NCBI GenBank assembly: GCA_002104945.1
Contig: MCFH01000052.1
Location: forward strand, 1-64,000
From: Piromyces finnis finn
Lineage: Eukaryota; Fungi; Neocallimastigomycota
Direction: 5' to 3'
DNA length: 64,000 bases
The position numbers were made by a program, and so were the translations under genes. The first letter of the stretch is position 1, and every line of letters starts with the position of its first letter. The notes below the pieces were generated by a model that saw only the letters and a program-made list of their open reading frames with translations, had not been told where the DNA came from and made no database searches. Shown here piece by piece: positions 1-11,770 of the stretch.

Positions 1-645
1 AAAAAATTTAGAAAAGGTTAAGATATGACCTTAACCCTTAATAATTTTTATAATAAATAACTCTAACCCTTATCGTCAAAATTGGATAAGGAAAAACATG
101 CGTATCTCCTCAACGAATGGCGATTTTGGATAATTGTATTTTCGGTAATTATACGTTCGTTAGAAAGCCGCGCTCGAGAACTACAACATATGTTGTAGTT
201 CTCAATACGAGCATGTTATCTCTGTTGGTTCGTGAGATATTAAGGTTTAAAGATAATTATGAACAAATGATTAATGAAAATTCAGAGAATGGTCACCCCT
301 GATATATTAATCATAAATCATTCTGTAAAACTAAATTATCTTTTCCTATTAATTAAAGAGAATTAAATTAAATTACATTATAATAATTCTCCGGAAGATA
401 ATAACTTTATTTTACAACAACTATTTCAATAAGACAAATTATAATCTTTGAATTAAAAGATTAATAACTATTATGATATTCGATGAATTATATTATTATT
501 AATATAATTAATATTATTAATAATATAAACAATACTTAAATTTAATAATCATGAATAAGCTTTAAGTTTAGTTTTAATATTATAAAATATATTATAAATA
601 TAATCATGTATTGAAAAGTTATTTTATTATTAAATGTAAAATTAC
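1..645 (+). repeat. Solo LTR family A, central part (5' end lies off-window; its 3' end is found inverted at 790-1190)
   Basis: Colinear by eye with the complete family-A solo LTR at 36028-37057 from ~36150 to ~36775 (shared GAAAAGGTTAAGATATGACCTTAACCCTTA, GTGAGATAT, GAGAATG..CACCCCTGAT). Confidence 0.85.
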
Positions 646-792
646 AGATATTATTTTAAACTTTAATAAATATAAAATCTTAATAGTTATAATTAATAAA
701 TATCTCTTAAAATATTATTTAATTATGTTTTATAATAAAACATTTCTAATTAAATAAATAATCATGAATCCACTAATATTCATGACACTTGT

Positions 793-948
793 AAAAGTTT
801 TACTAAACTTATAATTTAATATTAAAATATTAAAAGTTTTACTAAACTTATAATTTAATATTAAAATATTAAAAGTTTTACTAAACTTATAATTTAATAT
901 TAAAATATTAAAAGTTTTACTAAACTTATAATTTAATATTAAAATATT
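793..948. repeat. 39-bp tandem repeat x4 at a family-A LTR terminus
   Basis: AAAAGTTTTACTAAACTTATAATTTAATATTAAAATATT starts at 793, 832, 871 and 910. It is single-copy in the other family-A LTRs. Confidence 0.95.
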
Positions 949-1190
949 AAATTAAATGAAAGATTAAAAGATAACTAGGTTAGAAAAAATGTTTTATTAA
1001 AATAATCTTGATTGTTTTATAAATGAATATTTAAATTATATATTGCGGTTAAAATAATTTCTTTATTTTATTTAAATAATATATTAATAAAATATAATAA
1101 TAAGATTATTTAATAGTAAAGTATTAATGTAATAAGTAATAATCTTTACAAAGAATTAAATTTATAAAATATTCTAAACTATTTATACTA

Positions 1191-1802
1191 TCTCTTGTTC
1201 ATTTGATTATGAAGGAAATTAAAATTAAATTATAAAATAATCATTCCTTTTACAAATGATTTATAATATGACTTTATAATTATTAAATATACCACGAGTT
1301 TTTGAAAAGTCATATATAAGTAATTGGTTCGACCCCGCAGATGTCAGTGCCTGTGGATTTTCCCACTGGGTTTGCCATGGGTTGGGTTATGATATTCAGG
1401 TAAGTATAAATGAACTTTCTAATTTACTACTATGATAATTAACACTCGTCTAGCCGGCCTGAGAGGGTCTAGTGTACATGGTAACATTCCAAATTAGAAC
1501 TTAATAAGTGGTGACTTAGGCTATCCAAAAACACATAATATTCCTTAATCAATTTAAGTGTAAACATTTAGGGGGCGGTTGACACGTGATCAAATTGACT
1601 ATAAGAGGCTTAGCATTGTAGTTGTGAAATATCGTACAACGACATGCATCTAATGTACATGGATTAAGTGAGCGTCGAAGCTGAAAGAAACAGTATGACA
1701 GACCAGGAGGGTCACAACCACCTAGCAATAGGAATGAGCCAACGTTTCTCTAAGAACCACCATTGGAGCTAACTCTGATCGATGGGAGAAATGCACTCGG
1801 AA

Positions 1803-1894
<92 letters not shown>

Positions 1895-2210
1895 TAAGTA
1901 ATATATAATTAATTTATAGAATAGTAATTAATATAAACAATTAATCATGTATTAAATTTAAAATGTATTCCTTAAAATATAGATAGTATAAGTACTCAAG
2001 AAATTTCCTATTATTAGGAATTTCGAGAGTTCATTAATTTAAATATTTACTCTAATAAAATAATAAATAAATAAAAATCTTTCTTTAAATAAGAATTTTA
2101 TTAATAAATATAGTTAATTAATAAAATAATATTTATTTATTTAATTATTTATTTAACAATTTAGGGTAAAATAGTACGTTCCGACCCAACAGAAAGTGAA
2201 AAACTTAACA
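1191..2210 (+). repeat. Solo LTR family B (5' ~140 bp inverted at 646-787), interrupted by a SINE-like insert
   Basis: Matches the uninterrupted family-B copy at 43996-44599 (GAAGGAAATTAAAATTAAATTATAAAATAA ... CCGA[C/T]CCAACAGAA..AAAC[T/C]TAACA). Confidence 0.8.
1325..1890 (+). mobile_element. SINE-like non-LTR retroposon: 481-nt body plus 85-nt poly(A), 12-bp TSD, tRNA T-arm/B-box-like 5' end
   Basis: TATATAAGTAAT is duplicated at 1313-1324 and 1891-1902 and is single-copy at the empty paralogous site 44276-44287. Poly(A) 1806-1890 has one T. The body begins GGTTCGACCCCGCAGATGTCA and has no ORF. Confidence 0.85.
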
Positions 2211-2216
2211 GTTAGA

Positions 2217-3296
2217 TGTAAAAGTTTTACTAAGCTTATAATTTAATATTAAAATATTAAATTAAATAAAAAGATTAAAAATAACTAGGTTAAAAAAATA
2301 ATTTATTAAAATAATCTTAATTTGTTTAAAACGATTAATCAAAGGTTTTAGTATTAAATAATTTCTTTATTAATAATATGTTGATAAATTTGTAAAATAA
2401 GATTATTTATTCATAATACTTAAAGTATTAATTTTAATATTATTGGTAGTAATAATAATATTAGTATTAATAATAGTAGTAAAAATAATAATCCTTATAA
2501 AGGATTTAAATTTATAAAATATTATAAAACTATTATACTATTTGTAAAATTACATTTAATAATGAAATCACTTTTCAACACATGATTATATTTATAATAT
2601 ATTTTATAATACTAAAATTCAAACTTAAGTCTTATTCATGATTATTAAATTTAAGTATTATTTATATTATTAATAATATTAATTATATTAATAATAATAT
2701 AATTCATCGAATATCATTATAATAGTTATTAATCTTTTAATTCAAAGATTATAATTTGTCTTATTGAAATAATTGTTATAAAATAAAGTTATTATCTTCC
2801 AGAGAATTATTATAATAAATTTAATTTGCTTTAATCAATGGGAAAAGATATTTTAGTTTTACAGAATGATTTATGATTGATACATCAGGGATGTCCATTC
2901 CTGAATTTTCATTTAGTCATTTGTACATAATTATCTTTAAACCATAATATCTCGTGAACCAGCAGAGATATCATGCCCATATTAACATATGTTGTAGTTA
3001 TCGAGCGTGGCTTTCTAACATATGTACAATTACCCAAACAAAATTATCCATAATCGTAATTTGTTGTTGAGTTATGGTTGTTTTTCGTTATAAATTATGA
3101 CCTTAAGGGTTAAAGGTGTTTATAATAATTTCTGAAAGGGTTAATGTCTTATTACTTGATTTTTTAATATTTCTGATGTTCTTCAGTATTGTTTTGTATA
3201 TTTTTTTTAAAATTGAATTAATTTTTCGTTATATTAAAAGTAATTTCACAATTTCAAGTGATCTTGAAATTGCAAATTCCACTAGTATCCGTGACA
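2217..3296 (-). repeat. Solo LTR family A (inverted copy)
   Basis: TG...CA termini (TGTAAAAGTTTTAC / CCGTGACA); reverse complement of 36028-37057. No clean TSD. Confidence 0.85.
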
Positions 3297-4168
3297 AGAT
3301 ATATCAAGATTCTAAGTGGATTTAAGTTTATACTTGTGAAAATAAAATACATTCCAAAATAATATTTTATATGTTCGTATTTTATAGAATTATAAATTAG
3401 TATTGTACCACATTTTTTATTCTTAGGTTATTTTTAAAAAGATTTAAGAAATTTACAATATTTATATTATGAAAATAAATATAAATAAATAAAAGAATAA
3501 TAAACTCTAATTTTATAAATAAATTTAAGTATAAGTAAATTTATTCCTGACAATAATTAAGTCTACTAGGTTAGGATAGGCTTAATTATATAGTATAAAA
3601 TAATAAGTTTTAAGATTAGGAACAATAAATATAGTTTTTAAAGAATTATTTTATTTAACTTTTTATTTACATATAAATAATAATTATTAAATTTAAGTAT
3701 TTAGTTTACTATATAAAAATGAGTATTAATAATATCACAAAGAACCTTTTAAAGTTGTTCTTTGTTCCATTTATTTATACTTTTACTTTTAATATAATAT
3801 TAATATTAATAAAGTATATAATAATAATATTTAAGTTATACATGTATAATATATAAATATAATATAAATATTAATAAAACATAATAATAATATAATATAA
3901 TTTTTCTTTAAATATCGATATTAATAAGTTGTTAAAAATAATATTAATAATTATTTAAATGAATATTATTTTACTAATTGGTTTGTTTAATATTAATTAA
4001 TTGTTACACTATTTATCTCCGGATAATAAATAGCTTTTCAATTATATTAAATAAACTATTATTAGTAAAATATTATTAAATTAATATTTTAATTAATTTA
4101 ACTAATAATTCAAAATTATGAAATTTCATGAAATGTCAAATTTCATGAATTGTGATTTTGACAAGTCT

Positions 4169-5141
4169 TGTTAAGTTTTGGGATTTGGTTATGCGGCCAG
4201 GTCAGAATGTTATTAATTATATAGTAAATATGTTTTTTAAGAAATTAAATTTAAATATAAAATAATACTTTAAACTTCCAAATGAAAAATTAAATATTTA
4301 TTTTTTAGAATAACTTTTTATAAAATTTTATTTATTTAGTAATAATAATATAAATGACAATATATTTAATAACTATATAATTAAGATTATAACTATAATC
4401 TTTACAAAGGACTAAAATCGAATTCAAATTATTCTATTTTATATTCTTTGTTCAGATTATTAAATTGATAAAAATAAAGTATTACATGTAATATATTAAT
4501 AATATAATAAGATTGTTTGTTTGTTTGTTTGTTTTGTCATGACATAAAATAAAATAAACATATGATTAATCATTTAAACACTTGATCCGTTAACCTATTT
4601 TATAATAGTTAGAATTATTTAATTTATAGATGTTAACTGTTACACCTAAATGGTTTAGTTCTATTTTTAGTAACAGTTACTATCATTAATTAAATTAATA
4701 TAATTAAAATTTCTATTGATATATTTTTAATTTTCGTCAAGTCATAAAAAATGTCTATGATCCATACTTGATATCATATTGATTTTAATTTACTTATTAA
4801 AATCTTCAAATGACCAGTTAGAAGGACCGCGATTGTACCAAAATATAGCTTTTTCCTTAAGCTTTCTAATAAACCTGGTTTCACAGCCGTAGCACTTACA
4901 GCCGTAGCGATCGTTTTTGGCGAGTTATGCCTTGTTTCGTATTTGTTTATTTTTGGCTAAGGGTTATAGTGTATTGATATTAAATTTTTGAAATCATAAC
5001 CTTTTCACTGAATCAAAATTTAAAAGGTGACTTTTAAAGGTGTTTTAAAATAATTATTGAAATTATTTAATTCTAATTATTATGTTTAATTAATTATAGA
5101 TATTATCTGAATTTGTTTTAAATCCAGTTAATATCTTCGCA
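4169..5141. repeat. Solo LTR family I, 973 bp, TSD AGTCT
   Basis: TGTTAAG...TTCGCA flanked by AGTCT at 4164-4168 and 5142-5146. Inverted homologs at 33072-34046 and 44605-44876. Confidence 0.9.
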
Positions 5142-5148
5142 AGTCTAA

Positions 5149-6352
5149 TGTAAAGTGGGCTAGGATTGGTATGTAACTTGGTCAGAATGTTTTATATAAT
5201 ATAACTTAATTTACCAATAAAATATTAAACTTACTTATTATTAAATCTTTTCTCAGAACTTATTAAAGAATTTAAATGATACTAATTTAAAAATTAAATA
5301 GGTTTTTATATTTAAAATAAAAATTTTAATATAATTTAATTATGAAATTTGTTTATTAATTATTTATTTATTAAGATAATATTTATTAAGTTATATTATA
5401 GTTAATAATTAATAATTAATAATTTTACAAAGATTCAATTCTTTGTTTAAATACTTTTTTCTTACATATAATAAAATTACATTGATATTAATATTGATAT
5501 TAATAATAAAGATAAAAATAAAATAATTTTAAATTAAAATATTAATAATTGATATTGATATTAATAATATGAATTCATATGATAGATCTTAAGATTAATC
5601 TTTTAAATTACTTTTAAAATAAAAGTATTGTTTAACCATTTTAAATTGTAAATACTTAATATTATAAATTGAGAATAACAATTACTGATACTAATTATAT
5701 ATTCTCATGATCAATTAATTAATAATTATAATTAATGATTTTTGATCCAAAGGCTTTTTGGTTTGATTATGATTGAGGTTATTAATCAAAATTATTTGAA
5801 AAATTATTAATTAATTTTTATAATTGATTAGGTTTATAATCAAGAATATTTATTATCTAACCTTATTTAATAATAATGGAGAATTTTTAAATTGAATTAT
5901 TTATAGAAAGTTGGATGACTTGAATAATGACTTTAATTATATAAATTAATATTAATCATTTTAATATATATTATTATATATTTATTGGAACTAATTAATT
6001 CTTTAAATAGCTATATCTCAAGAACTAGTGGTCTAAATTAGCTGAAAATTTGTGTGAATATAGATCTCGACTAGTACTTTCTAATAAAATTAATTTGAAG
6101 TCTCTAGAAAATGAAATAGGACGCGAGATTCGGAAGTTATCGCTAGTTTCGTATATTGCATTTTCTTCTCAAGGGTTAATTTATTGAAAATTAAATTTTT
6201 GTGATCCTTAACCCTTTTCAATATTAAATTTTTACAAGTGATCTTTTTAATTATTTTTAAAAGTGTTTTATACTTTTTGAAATATAAATTTGATTTTTAA
6301 GTTGTTTATTTGAACATTTAATTTATTTTTTAATCGTCTTCTATTCTTGACA
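5149..6352. repeat. Solo LTR family K, 1204 bp, TSD TCTAA
   Basis: TGTAAAG...CTTGACA flanked by TCTAA at 5144-5148 and 6353-6357. Partial homolog at ~7940-8640. Confidence 0.88.
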
Positions 6353-6416
6353 TCTAACCTCGTGTAATTAAATAATTTGTATTTAAGATTGGTTGTTAGC
6401 AAAAAAATTTTGACCA

Positions 6417-6509
6417 GCTCGTGTAGCCTAGAGGTTTAAGGCGTCGTGCTTATAAGGGTGATCCTCTTATGCAACGCGAAGATCGCGGGTTCGACCCCCG
6501 CCATGAGCA
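6417..6509 (+). tRNA. trnI-UAU: tRNA-Ile(TAT) with 19-nt intron (6455-6473)
   Basis: Cloverleaf: acceptor GCTCGTG/CATGAGC, D-stem GCCT/AGGC, anticodon stem TCGTG/CGCGA with TAT at 6451-6453, T-arm GCGGG-TTCGACC-CCCGC. Intron at the canonical 37/38 position. Confidence 0.97.
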
Positions 6510-7939
6510 AATAATTTTTAGTTTAACTTTATTTTTTGTTTTTATTTTATATTATTAAATTAATATTGTATATTAAAGAATAAGAATTTAATTTCTTAAT
6601 ATAGTGGATAAATATTAAGTTTCTTTTTTATTTACTAAATAAATTTAAAAAAAAATAAATAATGTTTTATATAGATATTAAAAACAAGCATGAACTCATT
6701 TTTATTTTTATTTATTAATATAATATAATATATAATATATTTAAGTAAAATAAATTTTATAAAAACAATATTTATAGCTAACTAAAAAATTAAAATAAAA
6801 AAATAAGTATTTTTAAAATTGAGCAATGTTAAAATAAAGTAAACACATTTATGTTTAACAATTTTTCTAATAAAATTTACGTTAGCCGCTTAATCCATTA
6901 TTTTAAATATTTATTTAATGATTAAGTTTTATAATGAATATTTATTAATTATTACCTTTCTTTTAATTAATTTATTTAAATGTAGAATATTTTTAAAATA
7001 CTCTATTGTACTTTTTTATTTAAATATAGTTTATAAACAAAATATTTTCTGTATAATTTTTACAGTAGAAGTAAAATATATTAAACAAATTTTTCGTTTA
7101 ACAATAGTATTGTATTAAAGTATAAATCCAAAACTGCTTTTATACAAAAGTAAAAAATTAAATAAATATCAAATTTTCATTTTATTTCTAGTTTATTAAT
7201 CTTAAAAAATTATTAACTAGATGTAACGATTATATATCTTAATATTATTTAATAATAAAAATTAATTATTAATTATTAAATAATAAAATTATTTACAAAA
7301 ATTGAAATTATTAAATTGTTTTAAAATAATGATTCAATAAATTTTTTAGCATGGTTTAAAAAATAAACTTGTCTACATTTCAATAGAAAATATATTGTAA
7401 TTAGTACCATAATATATCAAAATAAAATATAACCATGAAAAAATATAAATACATGTGAATTTTCATAAAAATTGATATAATTATTTTTTTTTAAAATAGT
7501 AATAAAATAAATAAAATTTATAAAAAGATATTTAACTATATTTTATTTTAAATCTAGTGTTCAATGTTTTATTGTTAAAATACAATTTGGTTTAGATATA
7601 TATATTTACATTAACTATATAATAATTTAGTTTAAAGTCAATAACAATTATATTGATTATATTAATTACATTTTTGAAAAATTACATATATTTATATTTT
7701 TTATTATCATTCTAATATATTATCTTATTTAACTAAATATTTATCCAACATAAAAAAAAACAAAATTAATCTAAATGTTTAATAAAATAATAAGATTAAA
7801 TTATATTTTTTTATAATTTTTTCGAATTTAATTTTTTTGTGATTTTAACCTTTTTGAATAAGAATGTTAAAAAGTAACCTTTAAAAGTGTTTTAAAATAA
7901 TTATAATTTATTTTAAACCCGGTTAATGACTTCACAATT

Positions 7940-8640
7940 TGTAAAGTTGTACTGGTTGAGTACGTAACTTGGTCAGAATGTTTCTTTAATATAACTTAAT
8001 TTAGTAATTAATATGAATTAAAATTATTAAATTAAATAATTAAATAAATAGTTTTTATTTGATTTAATTATTAAAACAATATTTTTAAGTTATATTATTA
8101 ATTTAATAATCTTATAAAGAATTTCAAAAATGATTTCAATGCTTGGTTTAATTTAATAAACATTGACATTAAAATAAAGATAAAGATAAAATAATTTCAA
8201 ATTAAAATATTAATAATCAATATTAATATGAATTCATATGTTAACATGATAAATCTTAAGATTAATCTTTTAAATATTTTTTAAATAAAATTTATCGTCT
8301 TAAACACATTAAATTGCAAACATTTAATATCATAATTTGATAATAACAATTTGATGATACTAATTATATATTTTCATGATGGATTAATAATTTTTATTAA
8401 TTGTTTTTGATCAAAAAGTTTTTTTTTTTTTTTTTTTTTTTTTTGATTTTGATTTTGATTGAAGTTATATTAATCAAAAATTATTTGAAAAATTATTAAT
8501 TTTTTTGATTGATTAATTTTATATCAAGAATATTTATTAAAATTTATAATCTAACCTTATTTAATCATAATGGAGAAATTTTACATCAAATTATTTATAG
8601 TAAATTGAATGACTTGAATAATGCTTTTAATAATATAATT
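7940..8640. repeat. Partial solo LTR, family K-like
   Basis: TGTAAAGTTG..GTAACTTGGTCAGAATG start and internal blocks shared with 5149-5950. Right boundary is approximate. Confidence 0.7.
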
Positions 8641-8981
8641 TATAAAAATTGTAAGATTGCCTATGTTAAAATGAAGAAAATCAAAGAACTATGAAATAGA
8701 TGAGGCAACAAACTGTGGAATCTGAATAAAACGTCTGTATACAGCAAAGATAAATTCAAAGAAATAATGAAATTAATTAATAAATTATAGAAATCTATAA
8801 ACAACTAAAAGAAAACTCAATGGAACAGAAAATAGATTTAAATCATCCATCATCATTAAAGAGAGAAGTATTTTCACTATATAATAAAGTTTATAAGGAG
8901 ATTGAATATAAACAGAATAAATTCATAAATAATGTAGAAGTTGATAATCTACTATAGCGTAACTAAAACAATAATATCAGT

Positions 8982-9357
8982 AAGTATAAGATATGTTTAG
9001 TAGCAAGAAAATTTTCGCAAAATTTTTTTACGGATTATGATTTAACATGATTTAACATATTTCCTGATTCTCAAATTAGCCTTAGCAACAAAAATTACAA
9101 GTGGAAACTTCAACAATTGAACATAAAATCAATTAAATGCTAAGTTGGACAAAGAAATATATACCACTATATCACTGAAACAACAAAAGATATTGGAAAC
9201 TCTGTAAAGCACTCTATGCTCTATGGGCTTAAATAATCAGGAAGACAGTGGTTCAATGCTATATCAGAATTTATCTTACAAAATGATTTTAAATAATTGA
9301 AATCAGAACTCCGCACATTCTATAAAAGCAAAATTTGATATAAAAATAATATGTGAC
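8982..9357 (+). pseudogene. Degraded Ty1/Copia reverse transcriptase fragment
   Basis: Broken-frame translation gives KYKICLVAR, DYDLT, WKLQQLNIK, LNAKLDKEIY and KALY..GLK*SGRQWF, matching Copia RT motifs (KYKARLVARG, QLDVK, LxGxLxEEIY, KSLYGLKQSGRxW). Confidence 0.85.
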
Positions 9358-9647
9358 TGTAAGGGTATCTAACGCCACTACTTGATATCTTTAATGTAAC
9401 TTAAGTCAAGAATGTTATTACTTAAGTTACACAAATTATATTTCAGAAAAATGAAAAGAAAATAAGGCATTATATGTTTGTTAATAATTAAAGCTTAAAA
9501 CAAAATAAATTACTAATTTATTTTTAATATTTAACAAATAGATTAAATTCTCAATTTAATTCCTTAGTTTTAGTATTGTTTTTTAATAGAAATAGATAAA
9601 TAGTATATGATTATTAAATGATTATTATATAAATAATACATGGGCAC
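9358..9647 (+). repeat. Partial LTR related to family D, cut by another LTR starting TGTAAAAG at 9648
   Basis: Shares TTGATATCTTTAATGTAACTTAAG..TTAAGTTACACAAATTATA and ATACATGGGCAC with the LTR at 17778-18381. Confidence 0.8.
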
Positions 9648-10486
9648 TGTAAAAGTTTTATTATCAAAAAACAAATTATAAAATTTTACAATAAAACAAG
9701 AACACGAAAAATAAAAAAATAAAAACAAAAACATCTTTTTTAAAATATTTTTTTTATCAAATTTATTTAGTTATTAATTAAATTATAGTTAGTGACAGTT
9801 ACATCATTTTTATTGATACATATTACATGTATTTATATTTTTTTCATATTATATTTAAATAAATTATTTTATTCAATTATGCAAATATTCAATATAGGAT
9901 AAACAAAACTAATTTAATATTAATTTAAGTAAATAATAAAATAATAAAACTACGCTAAAGCTAATTAAATACACTTTCGATTCAGTTTGAGTAAACTACA
10001 AATTGAATACAGTTCTGTATTTTATCTTTAAAAATGTTATTATTGTTCTATTTCCAGGTTTTAAGTATATCACTTTTAGTAATAATTATTCAATTGTTTA
10101 ATTATTAGTTTGTAAATATAATTTTGAAGGAATTTCTAAAGAACATTTGGATAAAACACTAATTTGATATACACAATTTTATTTGAGCTTATTTATTCAT
10201 TTTTATTTATTATTTTACTATTTTAATATAGTAATACACTATTTAATTAAGTTGTCTTATTTAATAATTTATTTATATTTATTTTTATTAATTAAGTCAT
10301 TTACTCAGAATTTGTTATTATTTAATAAAGAGAATATCATTTATTTAAAAGGGTTATATTTTTATAGAATTATTATTCATTTATTTTAAAGGTTATTGTT
10401 ATATATTTTTATTAAAAGTCACTATGGGTTAAGTCGTGTTTATTCAATTAGTTTTTATTATATTTTTGTGTGAGTAGCGTATCATT

Positions 10487-11622
10487 TGTAATGTAATAAT
10501 AATTATTATTTATCTTAAAGAGTTTATTATAAGCGAGTATAATAAACAAAACACAGAAAAGGGTAATTATTATTAGAATTTTTATAATTAATTATTTTAT
10601 TAGTTTATCTGCTATTTATTATAATTAATGCCTATAATAATAAATTTGGATTCTTTAGTGGAATCCAAGAGTTCTATTATTTATATTTTTATCAAAATTT
10701 AAAGTTTAATGAATAATTTCTAATTTCAACAAATAATCCTTTTAGGAAAAGATTAGAAGAAAAACTTAAAAAGAAATTCGATTGATATTCTAGACATATC
10801 AATCATCGTAATATTAAGTAAAACCTAATAAAGGAAAAACCTTAATATCCAATATTTCTAATGTATTATACAAAATAAAATAAAATGTATAATTTATGAA
10901 AATTTTGTATAATAATTTTACTAATAAATAAATGGATAATTAATCTCTAAATAAATACTATTAATTAAACTAAATATACGTAAAACTAATGTATTAAATA
11001 AATTTACTATATTATTTAAATGAATGAATAAATATATTTTAAGTATTTATAATATAATTAAATATATAAATAATTAATGCACTAAATAAACTCACTATGT
11101 TATATTAATAAATAAATAAATATATATTAAATAAATTCAATGAGTTTTTATATAATGTCAAATTAAATAATATAACTAAGAATGAATATTAAGTAATTTA
11201 ATATTAATTCTTACATTGTTCCTCTTCAAATGATTCTTTAAGTTCAGGATTCCTTTTTACACATACTTCTAATTTTGAAATATGAAATACAGGATGAAGG
11301 TGTAAGTTTTCTAGCAATTCTAGGCGGTATTTCATTTTTTCCCTCTTCTCAATGATTTTAAATGGCCCTAAATATTGTGAAGATAATTTTCTAGAAAGTT
11401 CATTGGAAAAATAGTATCCCTTTAGCCAAACCATGTCATTCATCTTAAGGTCAGGACCAGTGGTTTTTTTTGGATTACCGAATTTCTTGAAATCTTCCTT
11501 AGCTTTGACTAAATAGGTTTTTAGTCCATCAAAATGATAAGCCCAGTTCCTAGAAAGGTTTGAAGCATTATCCTTAAGGAGAACTGAAGGTGAGTCTATG
11601 ATACAAAATTAATGATGATATA
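10487..11622 (-). mobile_element. Truncated Ty3/Gypsy element: 3' LTR (10487-11215), PPT and integrase C-terminal remnant
   Basis: ORF 11204-11443 (LGPFKIIEK..YRLEL..LHPVFHISKLE) closely parallels the end of ORF 13315-14703. Purine tract AAGAGGAACAA precedes TGTAAGAA on the minus strand. LTR resembles family C. Confidence 0.85.
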
Positions 11623-11686
11623 CAAAAAAAAAAAAAAATTTCTAATATAAATTTGAAATTTTTAAAAAGTTATTTAAAAATATTCA

Positions 11687-11757
11687 TGCGTTAACCGGGA
11701 ATCGAACCCGGGCCATTTGCTTGGAAGGCAAATATTCTACCTCTATACTATTAACGC
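11687..11757 (-). tRNA. trnG-UCC: tRNA-Gly(TCC)
   Basis: Reverse complement GCGTTAATAGTATAGAGGTAGAATATTTGCCTTCCAAGCAAATGGCCCGGGTTCGATTCCCGGTTAACGCA folds to a complete 71-nt cloverleaf with anticodon TCC. Confidence 0.97.
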
Positions 11758-11770
11758 ATTATATATTAAT

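Noticed and set aside
25-75. Telomere-like TAACCCT motifs in family A (and I) LTRs
   Set aside because: Isolated single units inside LTRs, not a tandem telomeric tract.
1451-1468. 18-nt identity to a bacterial 16S rRNA segment (TAGCCGGCCTGAGAGGGT)
   Set aside because: No flanking rRNA similarity; best read as chance or a shared T-loop-like motif.
1756-1776. Resemblance to the RNase MRP CR-V motif (CCATTGGAGCTAACT)
   Set aside because: No GAAAGTCTCC-type CR-I partner to form helix P4; the bases are explained by a local hairpin.
117-10389. Short ORFs 117-302, 3116-3325, 6918-7118, 8509-8694 and 10183-10389
   Set aside because: They lie in LTR or AT-rich repeat sequence, have low-complexity I/N/K/F/L composition, and are not kept open in paralogous LTR copies where these exist.
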